The position numbers and the translations under genes were made by a program. A stretch of DNA of 64,000 bases, taken from contig NC_135804.1 in NCBI RefSeq assembly GCF_964213995.1, forward strand, positions 69,254,001 to 69,318,000, written 5' to 3'. Position 1 is the stretch's first letter. Every line of letters starts with the position of its first letter. Origin of the DNA: Mustelus asterias. Its lineage: Eukaryota. Positions 25,565 to 36,400 of the stretch are shown here, in pieces. The notes under the pieces are model-generated. The model saw only the letters and a program-made list of their open reading frames with translations. It was not told the origin of the DNA and searched no databases.

Positions 25565-26325
25565 CTTGTGGAAGGTCTAATACAGATATGACATATACAG
25601 TAAATGGCAGAACCCTTAAGAGTATTGATAGGCAGAGGGATCTGGGTGTACAGGTACACAGATCACTGAAAGTGGCAACACAGGTGGAGAAGGTCGTCAA
25701 GAAGGCATATGGCATGCTTGCCTTCACCGGCCAGTGCATTGAGTTTAAAAATTGGCAAGTCATGTTGCAGCTTTATAGAACCCTAGTTAGGCCGCACTTG
25801 GAATATAGTGTTCAATTCTGGTCAGTACACTACCAGAAAGATGTGGAGACTTTGGAGAGGTACAGAAAAGATTTACCAGCATGTTGCCTGGTATGGAGGC
25901 ATTAGCTATGAGGAGAGATTGGAGAAATGTGGTTTGTTGCCACTGGAACCACGGACGTTGAAGGGCGACCTGATAGAAGTCTACAAGATTATGAGGGGCA
26001 TGGACAGAGTGGATTGTCAGAAGCTTTTTCCCAGGGTGGAAGAGTCAATTACTAGGGGGCATAGGTTTACGGTGCGAGGGGCAAGGTTTAAAGGAGATGT
26101 ACCAGGCAAGTTTTTTCCACAAAGGGTGATGGGTGCCTGGAACTCGTTGCCAGGGGAGGTAGTGGAAGCAGATACGATAGTGAGTTTTCAAGTGAGGCTG
26201 GACAAATACATGAATAGGATGGAAATAAAGGGATATGGTCCCTGGAAGGGTAGGAGGTTTTAGTTCAGTCGGGCAGGTTTGGAGGGCCAGCGGGCCTGTT
26301 CCTGTACTGTAATTTTCTTTTCTTT
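25565..26325 (+). mobile_element. CR1 3' fragment
   Basis: QRDLGVQVHRSLK, VRPHLEYSVQFW and FFPQRV..AWNSLP. Confidence 0.9.
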
Positions 26326-27129
26326 TTGTTCTTTCTTTAGGGGAACGGGAGAGAGCGATGGATATGCAATAGACCTCTGGCCTCCCCAAACAAGTCACAC
26401 AAACCCTCCACTGACCACCCCACATCACAGACCACCCACACACATTTCACACTGGTCCTCAACACCCAAACAAGACGCACACAATCTCCACCGTCAACCC
26501 ACCTCCGAGGCAAGCCACACGCACACACACACACATAGAACCCCTGGAGTCGTGACCCGAGTCATGACTGTTATACAAGACCCGAGGATGCAGCGAAGCC
26601 ATTTCGGATGCTTTCCCCCATCTCCACATCAACTTGCTTGTTGCCGCAAGTGCTAGGACCAAGAGTCGCACTGTGATACGAGTTCAGCGCTTACATCTGA
26701 GTCAGCTGTGAGACCCCGCGGTACGATCCCAGAGCCAACAATACACATGCAGTACCACCCCCCTCCCCCCCCACCCGAAAAATAACGTGGCCGCCACTAA
26801 TCAACCCCCACTTTGCAACACGGAGCCCTGTGGACTGAATGACCTACTGCCTGACCGCACTTCGATACTGCTGCAAACTTTTTTTTAACAGGCCAAATGT
26901 TTTATTCCTCGATTGCAGTTGCCACGAATGGGGTCGTTAAGGCAAGTAAATCCGGTTAATGACATTGAGATGAATGCAAAATAATAAAAAAATGACGTCT
27001 TACCCGTTTTGTGCGAGCTCCCGATTGTGGTCACTTTTTCGCTGGAATGTTGGGAACGGCGCGAAAACGGGCGCCATTCGCATCGTCGATTCAGTCCCGA
27101 TGTTACGAAATCAACTCGCAGAAACTCGG

Positions 27130-28395
27130 GCCGGATGAAATCGGTAATGCCGCGGTCTCTATGTCTGAGACAGGTGCAGCAGTAGCGAACCGTCGCGTGG
27201 AGGTAAGACTCATGGGCCACGCCCGCTTTCTCAACTCTCGTGATGTTACCTATAAAAGATTCTCGGCGTGATCAACCTCCCGCCCATTTCCGGCAATTGG
27301 CTCAATATTTTATTAAGATGCTTAATTCCATATGATTAGTGAGCCGGGAGAGGTTCTCTGCGGCAGGGAAAACACCTGCTGCCCATGAACGAGGAACACT
27401 GATGTTCCCCACGCCGGTATAAGCGGAGGCCACTGAGGTCCACCGGGAAGTCGAGGGCAAGTTCCAGCCTCTCAGTGTTAGCCTGGCACCTTGGCATTTC
27501 CCAGGGGCACGGGGGGAGGGGGGGGCTGCCACAGACAGCCAGGTGGCATTGGCTGCCAGGCGGCTGGGTCGTCGCCAGTCTCGGATGCAATAATTGTCCA
27601 GCTCTGCTCTACAGAATCCAGCAGACTGGTTAGCTCGGCATCAGTAAGACACAGAACAGTCCTCCTTGGTGTCATCTTCGGGACGTGACTGCCTGTCTGT
27701 CCATCCTTGGCGCTCATATAGAGCTGTCCCTTCTTAAAGTAGTTTTGACGAGCCACGCGCTCGTTCAGTCTATTTCAGCGATAATCATGTCAAGGCTGTT
27801 TGTTTTCAACAGGGGGTGAGGCAAGAGCTACTCTGCAGCGGAGCTGATGAGGTTTACACTGCAGAGGGGACGATCAGGTTGAGGGGGGAGGGGTTGGGGG
27901 GGGGCGGGTGCTGATGGGATGAACTCTACATGATATCCGGCGAGCAGGTTGATTCTGATGGGGTGAACTCTGCAAGCAGGGCTGACCAGTGAGGGGGGTA
28001 ATACTGATGGGGTGACCTCTGCAATGGCCTAGGTCCGGGGTGGCTGAGGCTGTCGATGTGAGAGGCAGAAGTTGGGGGGGGGGGGGAGGGGGAGGCGTGC
28101 CGCCATTCCCATGGTGGGGAGGCCATGTCCGTGGGGCATAGGGCGTGTTGGATACATAAACAGGAGATCTCCTGGCATGTTGGGAGATCATACACATTCG
28201 CACTGATGTCCTGTGCAGTGTTTCGCCGGCCTCTGTGGCGGGATTAGGCTGCGACCATCCACTACTAGCATGAATCTCCTCGCGGCCTTTGTATTGCACG
28301 GAGCAGTAAATTATCAAAACTCAGATTGCTCAAAAAACCGACGAGGAAACCTGCCGTTTTCATTCCATTTCATTTAATAGTCATTGCAAAATTCT
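27130..28395 (-). mobile_element. Harbinger remnant with Myb/SANT-like ORF N-terminus
   Basis: PRRTVLCLTDAELTSLLDSVEQ (about 27680-27600) resembles the Myb/SANT N-terminus of the Harbinger second ORF; followed by a C-rich intron-like tract. Confidence 0.5.
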
Positions 28396-28399
28396 AACT

Positions 28400-30250
28400 G
28401 TATTAGATAATTGATCAGGCATTTTCCCAAACAATTCTAAGCGCTAAATGGAAACATAAAAACTGATTGTAAAGTTTAGATAGGTGTGTAGAGAGAAGAA
28501 TTGTGACACAAACATATGTAGGCCCCTTACACTCAGAAAGGGGAGAATTTATAACGGAAACAAAGAAATGGCTGATGAACTACATTTCTCGTTTGTTTCT
28601 GTCTTCACAAAGGAATACATGAATAATGTACGAGACGCTCCGAGAGAAAAACGTTTTAGATAGGAGCTGAAGGAAATCAGTATGAATAGAAAAATAATTG
28701 TGGGGAAATTGACGGGATTAAACGTGGATACATCTTCAGTTCCTGATAAACGTAATCTCAGAGTAGTTAAGGAAGTGGTCCTGGAAATAGGCATTCGCTG
28801 GAGGTTATTTCCCAAGATATTTTGAATTCTGGCCGAGGTCGTACACATTGGAGGGGAGCTAATGTAAGCCCACTATTCAAAAAGGGAGGTAGGCAGCAAA
28901 CAGGGAACTAGAGACCAATGAACCTATTGTCAGTTCTGGGGAAGTTGATAGATTCAATTATGTAAGATTTCACAGCTCAGCATTTAAAAAGCAGTAGCAT
29001 AATCAAACAAAACAACATGGAATTATGAAGGGAACCATACTTAATGAACCGATTGGAATTCTTTGAGGATGTATCGAGTGGATTTGATGATGGAGAAACG
29101 GTGCATCTGGATATTGTCACGTTAAAACGGGTGGCATTGTGCTTGCGTCCTGAGGTGGATAGAAAGCTGGTTAGCAGGTGTGAAGAATGTATTTGGCATA
29201 AATGTATCTTTTTCCGACTGACAGGAGTGACTATTAGGTATTGAAGATATATGTGCTGTTCATGTTATATATTAATGATTTACAAGAGGATACTAAATGT
29301 ATTCTCTCCGCGTTATCCAATAATACAATGTTGGGTTGGAGGGTGAGCTGCGAGGAGGATGCAGAGATGCTTCTGCATGATTTGGAAAGGCTCAGTGAGT
29401 AGGCATATGCATGGCAGATGCAATATAATGTGAATGAACGTGAGGTTATCCACTTCGGCAGCGATAACAGGAAGACAAATTATAATTTGAATGGGTGTAA
29501 AGTGAGAGATGTGGATAATTATTGAGGCCTTGCTGCCCTTGTGCATCAGTCACTGAAAGTAAGCATACAGTTACAACATCCAGCTTGCAGTAAAGAAGGC
29601 AGACGTTGTGTAGACTTCCATAGCGAGAGGATTTAAAGTTAGGAATAGAGATATATTCCTGCAATTTTACAGGGCGCTGGTAAGTCCATGTCTGGAATAT
29701 CGTGTGCAGTTTTGGTGTCCTCATCTGAGGAAGAATGCCCTTGCTATAGGGGAGTGCATCCAAGATTTATCAGGCTGATTCCTGGGATGGAAAGACTGTC
29801 AAATGAGGAGACGCTAAATCGGTTAAGATTATATCCATTGGAGTATAGAAGAATGAGAGCGAATCTCATAGAAACGTATCAAATTCTAATGGAATTTCTG
29901 AATGGTAGATTCAGAAAGAATGTTTTCGATAGGAAGGAGGTTCAGTACTAGGGGTGATAGTTTTAGGTTAAGAGCTAAACCTTTTAGAATTGAGGACATG
30001 AGACCGTTTGCCATACAAAGATTAGTGAATCTGTGGAATTCACTGCCAAAGGTAGTAGAGACCAAAACATTGAGTGATTTCAAAAATAAATTCGAAATAG
30101 CTCTTGGGGTTAAATGGATCAAGGGATTTTGGGGAAGTTGGGATCAGGATATTGAATTCGATGATGAGCTATGATGAAAATAATTGGCAGGGCAGGTTGG
30201 AAAGGCCGACTGGCCCACTCCGCTTTCACATTTCTAAACTTCTAGGTTTT
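28400..30250 (+). mobile_element. Old, heavily decayed CR1 ORF2
   Basis: Remnants of F.SVFTKE, NVSPLFKKG, LEFFE and LVNLWNSLP with many stops. Confidence 0.85.
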
Positions 30251-30479
30251 TATGTTAACATGGCAAGATGGCGCACGGCACTGGTCAAGTGCAGGTCAGT
30301 AGGACTAGGCATAAAATGGTTCGGCACAGACAAGAAGGGCCAAAAGGCCTGTTTCTGAGCTGTAATTTTCTATGGTTCTATGGTTCTATGGTCATGGTGT
30401 CGGTTTTCTACCGTCCAGACGCATATGGACCTTTGTTGCTGCGTTTGCCCCTTGCCCTCCCCCACCCAGAGCAAATATA

Positions 30480-31260
30480 TTTTTTTGCTTGGAGCCAATA
30501 GGCCTGCCATTCATTCTTGCATTTGCTGCTGTGGAGGAGGAAGAGTAGTAGTGAATCGTCCACGCATTTCAAGGCACGCGGGGGTCAGAGGCTGCAGCAG
30601 GAGGTCAGGGTTCCGTCGGTCTGGGTCCGGAGGCGGCCACTCATCTGTCGATTCGGGCGCCAGAGGATGGAGGAGATGGAGACCCTGGCAATTCAGGACA
30701 CATATGTCCTTCAACGAGCTGTTGGATGCCACGTGGAGGTTCCGGCTCGGCTCCCTGAGGAGATGATTACGGCTCCTGTTTTAGGTGCGCGCAGAATGGT
30801 CACCTTGAGGGACAGGGGGACATATGCTCCCAGTTGCGGCGAAGGTTGAGGTGTGCCTGAGGTGACAAAGGTCTTGTTCGTCTGGGCAGGCCCTTACATC
30901 TAATTCGACGGAGCCAGGCCCAGCCAGAAGCCGGGGCCACAGGCTTTGCCGCTATCGCCAGGATACTGAATGTGCACCTGGAGTATTGATTGCACACACA
31001 GCAACCTGTGATTCCCCAAAACGACAGGCACCGCAGTTCATGCACAGCAAGGAGTTCCAGATGAAAATCATGCATGTGTGCACGCCACCCGGGGAGCATA
31101 CATGATTGCTACATCTTCATGCAATTCTGCTGGCGTTTTATCATAGAATCTCTAACTTGCGGAGCTCCATCATCCCTGGCGAATTTGAGGAGCAGCCAAG
31201 GCTACCGGGATGGCTCGTGGGGGACAAGGTCTACCCGTTAATAACGTGACTGTGGCACGA
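30480..31260 (+). mobile_element. Degraded Harbinger transposase fragment
   Basis: RRWRPWQFRTHMSFNEL (also seen at about 25340, minus strand) and GWLVGDKVYPL near 31208-31245. Confidence 0.7.
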
Positions 31261-33369
31261 GTGTGGAGGTCAGAGACCGATACAGAGACCCCTTTCATTG
31301 CACTAAGTGCATAAGATGCATTTTCAAACTCGCCCATAAAACAGATCTGAGTCTGTCCCGTTTCCTCAATGGTTCGGCACTTTATTTTCGCTCAGTCGTG
31401 TCCTTAAAATTGTTTCCATCAGATCGCCCCTTTAGGCTGAACGGCCTGTACCTGCCCCAATTACTTTGCTCATGACTTCAACAGTTTGTAACGAGGAGAA
31501 GTCCCAGTTGTAAGTTAGTTGAACAAGGATAATAGCCAGGTAATCAACTAATAATGTATGCGGGAGCGTTGTTTGGAGACGGGGAAGGAGGGACGAACAA
31601 ACGATTTATTATGAGGCTAAAATCACGAACATTTTCATCTGTTGCTGAAGATTAAAGCTTCGATTAAGATTACCTGGAGAAATACTAAACAAGTAAAGAA
31701 GAAATCGAAACATGGATGTTGTTGTGTAGTTGGTTGGTTATCAATTGATCTTGGTCGGGGACGCAAGGGTTACCCATGGTAGCGTGGGAACCACCTTTTA
31801 TTGGTGACTTCTATACTGGCTGTTAGTCGCAGTCACACACAACACAGACAGTAAATAAAAGGGCCATGGAGGAAGTTAGTGCTGTGCAATATTCCAAAAA
31901 TCAATAATGAAAAATATGAAATTAAAGCAGGGTTGTGATGGCGCTGGCAACATGCATTTGACACATCCTCACGAACGCCTTAACCTTCATTTAGTTCAAA
32001 ACTATTTCCAAGTTACAAGGCACGTGATGTTGATAATAGATTATAATGCCAGAGATCATGTCTAACCATTGAGATGGAAAATGTTACCTTACCTTCCTTA
32101 TTCCGTATGCCATATATCTGTTCATAAAGCAAATAGTTGACAGATTTATTTGTAATGACTCTCAATTTGACCTCCACTTACAAATTTCCACCAATACTAT
32201 CACATGCAGGTTTCCTCACGAAATCTACCTGTACGCACGCATCTGTCTTCCTGAAAGTGAACGTTTTCATCTCAGTTCTTTATATAAATCTAAGGAGGAG
32301 GTATCGCAAACTCGCTGTCAACAAAACGGTCCCACTTCTCAAATATGGCACTATGTAAGTTCCAGGTATAGCCCGACCAGCGCTACCTGCCGTAATGGAG
32401 AATTTGCTGCTTAGCCAAATCTCTGGCTGGCATTCTCTGACCTCATGTGCGGTTCGGAGTCTCCTTCTGCAAGTGAATGAAGGATTGGCTGAGCTCCATT
32501 CACAACATCAGCACCTGAAAGTCCCAACCGCCGATGCCGTTGGGGACTCCCGGCCGAAGTGTCTGTTCTCTCTCCGTAACTCCTGCTGCACAAATTGATC
32601 AGCGAGAGCTTCTACTTATTAACGTATTCGAAACCACCATTTCGGAATATCCAGAATGAGTGAACCGCTTTGGAGGAAATCAATGGGCTCAGTCGTGAAA
32701 TGATGTGGCACCTGCCCCAGACGTGCTAAATCGTTTCGCAACGATATCACAAGCTGACCACGAGAAGGATCAAGGATGGAAAACCAATTTTAAAAACCTG
32801 TGAGGTCAGAAGGCGACTAATTATTGAAAATGTTGCAATTTGAAAAATGAAAGATACATGGATATTTTCACGTCACATATCAAAGGAGGAGGTGGGAGAG
32901 GCGGGTGGTGGTGACAATGAAGTCACAAATAGAGATTCCTGGAATGACAATCGAGTGAAATCCTAATTCATGTGAGAAAATAAGATGAAACATTAGCAAA
33001 TTAAGGAGCGAATCAAGCGTATCACGTCTGGATATTGGGTAGAGCAAAGATTAGCCAATCTATTAAAATCAAAAGTAAATTAGAGTAGAAAATGACGCAG
33101 AGTTGTCTTTCTTTCGTGTTATCCATATATGTGGAATGGCTGGAACTCGAAAATCCGATGACGGAGGAGCATGGTCAAAAGCGATGGAGAGCCATGCGTG
33201 GAGTGAGTTTCAAGGCAAACAGAAAAATTAATATTTGTAGAAAAAATCCATCAGCGATTTTCGAAAATGTCAAAGGCCTGATGTAAAGGCAGTTACCGAG
33301 GAAAAGAAATACGCAAGGTGAATACATCGATTATGCAGTCATCGCGCAACACTTCCTTGTATGCTTAAT

Positions 33370-33498
33370 TTAGCTTTTCGTTTTCACGGCTGCGTATGTT
33401 AACCTTGTTTTTCGGAATGTCGTTTTCGACGATGACCTGGAACCTGCCAGATTCAGAGCAACGTAAGTCAATTTGCTCTCAGCGGTGCTCTGTATGGT
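33370..33498 (-). CDS. Exon 7, terminal coding exon with two ITIMs (TIQSTAESKLTYVALNLAGSRSSSKTTFRKTRLTYAAVKTKS*)
   Basis: Acceptor gatttacAG, phase 0; motifs LTYVAL and LTYAAV; stop TAA at 33372-33370. Confidence 0.8.
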   Translation of the reverse strand, partial: TIQSTAESKLTYVALNLAGSRSSSKTTFRKTRLTYAAVKTKS

Positions 33499-36400
33499 CT
33501 GTAAATCAACGACAGGGAGTATTTTACTATTTATTAAATTAAATTTATCGAAATTGCATCAAGTTGATTTTCAATATAATCTCAAAAGCAAATTATAGCA
33601 GACAAGATTAAAGTTTCCACGTGGGAACTGAGATTTACCTCTGTATATACCGCGTGTTATCTGTGTTGTGTCGGCATTTCGCCACGCTTGGAACCGGTCA
33701 GATAAAGAGCAGCGTACATCAGTTTGCCTTCGGCTGAATTTAGTTCCTTCTAGGAATTCAATGTTTAGTATTCAGTAAGTTTCATCTTTCGGACACAAGA
33801 TCTTGCATACATACATACAAATTAGAAACAGAAGCAGGCCGCTCAACCTCTAAAACCATTTTGCTATTCCTTAAGACATGTTTGATCCCCGTGTGGCCTC
33901 AATTTCACTGTCCTTTCTACGCCCTGAATCTTCAAGCCATACAAACTGCCCTAATCCAATAAGCTCCACAAGCATCTACGAATTACCGTATCTATCTAAC
34001 CTTCTACAGTTCCTTGGCATTTCCCAGCCATTATTCACAGTAGTTCTTTACTTTGAAAAAATAGCAAATCAAATTAGTGTTTTTTCAGTTTTCTCTCTTG
34101 TCAATCAAAAAGTTATCGAAGTCAACCTTGAAGTAATTGAATGAATATGCCTTCACCGCTCTCTGATTACATCAGTTCTACAGATGCGTGGCCCGCTGAG
34201 AGAGAAACAAATCAAATCTCCTCATCCTTGTCTTAAATGGTAAATCATGTTTTTTTTCAAACGGCATCACGTATTTTTAGTCTTTGCTACAAAGTATCAC
34301 ATTCTTGCAACGTCCATCCTGTCAAGGCGACTCAGCATTTTCTACTTTTCAAAAGATCACTTAGTCTTCTAAAGTGAAGAGGGTACAGGCCCAATCTGTT
34401 AAAAATGTCCTCATTAAATAACACGCTCATCCCAGCAATCAATCTGGTGAAACTTCTCTTAATTATTTGAACTGAAATTATTTTATTTCTTAATGAAGGG
34501 CCAAAGCTGCGTACAATACGTTTGGGCCGGAATTTTGCTGGCACGCCCACCCCGATTCCGGGGGCGGTCGCGACACGGAGGACGGCTTCCTCCGAAGACC
34601 TCTGGCGGGATAGTACAGACCTCGGGCGGAGGTGTCGGTCAGATTGTTCCTTCGGCACCGATGCTCAGCTGCAGCACTACACTTTATAATCCATTCTTCT
34701 TGCAATGAACGATAACATTCCATTGGGCATCCCAGCCACTTATGCGCCTTCTCAACCATATATTTCGGTTCATATTATTGTGTTCTGATTCAGGTACCAG
34801 GACATCCGTATGTCTCTGTACATCAGAGTCTAAAATATCTCCGCATAAAAAAACAATGTATGTTTTTTATTCTGACTGCTAAAATGGACAAATTCGCGAT
34901 CTCTCACGTTATATTCTATCTGTCATTTTTTGCACACTCTTTACCTATCCGTGACACTCTGCAGACTCCATATTTCCTCCTTGCCACTTACTCATCCATC
35001 TACTTTCTTTCATCAACATCTTTAGCAACCATGCATATAGTGTCATCATCCAAGTCGTTGATATCAATTGTAAATAATTGAGGACCCAAGACTGATACAC
35101 ATGACACTACAATTGATACATATTTTTCCAACCAGATAAAAGGCCAAAATGTGCCTACTCTATGTTTCCTGACAGCTAGATAGTCCTCGATAGATGCTAT
35201 CACCTGTGTCATGTGATCTTGCTATGTGTGGTAACCTTTGATGTCGAACATGATGGAATGTTTTTTCGAAATCCGCAGTATCCACAGTAACTCCACAGGT
35301 TCGGTTTTATTCACTTCGCTTGTTACTTTCTCAAATAACTCATACATTATGTCATAATAATTTCCAGGTTACAACCCCATGTTTACTCTGCTAACCTCCA
35401 TCAGATTTTCCAAGTGCCCTGTTACAACTCCTTTATTAATAGATTCCAGCATTTTCCCAATGGCAGATGTTAAGCTAATTGCCCTGTAGTTTCTGGAATA
35501 CTGTTTCCCTCCTTTCTTGAGCAAAGGAGCTACATTCGCTGTTTTATTCAAATCTAATTTGTCGCTGCCAGAATCTAGGAAATTTTGAAAATTTAAATCC
35601 AAGTCATCCATTATCTCAGCAGTTACTTATTGTAAGACCCTCGCAACAGTTGCATCATGTTTGGGAATTTTCAGATTTTTCGTTATATTATTTTTTCAGC
35701 AGCATCATCCTGCTGAAAGTAATCGTTTTATGTTCTTGCTTCCGTTTCGCATCGCGATCTCCAATTATTTCTGGTATGTGCTTTGTATCCTCTACAGCGA
35801 TATATGTTCCAATGATTCTGCTTTCGCTTGATTGGCAATCCTAATTCGTCAGACTCGCTCTTTGGAGGAGCAACACATTATAAGTAGTTGCTTTTACAAC
35901 ACCTGTGGAAACTCTTCCGATGTGTGCTGCATATTCATAGCGAACGATCGGTCCTGCTCTGATGTTTCACTTCATGTTTAGCCATTATTCGCTGTAATTT
36001 ATGCAACTTGTTCGTCTAACCTGCCAGTAATCTTCAGGGAATTGATTTTGTTTATTTCAATTTGATCCTGTTGATATCTTCCTTAGTCAGCCGCGGATAA
36101 TATGTCCGTCCCCTCGAGATTTTTTGTTCTTTCTGACTCAAATGGCTGAGAATTAGAAAACATCTCCTTAAATGTCCAAAGATGTGCGGGTTAGGTTGAT
36201 TGGCCAGGTTAAAATTGTCCCTGAGATGCGTAGTTAGAGGGATTAGCGGATAAATATGTGAGGGTAGGGCCTGGGTGGGATTGTGGTCGGTGCAGACTCG
36301 ATGGGCCGAATGGCCTCCTTCTGCACTGTAGGGTTTCTATGATTCTATGAAATGTCTGATAAAAGAAAGACAGCTGTGGATGCTGGAATAACAACAGAAA

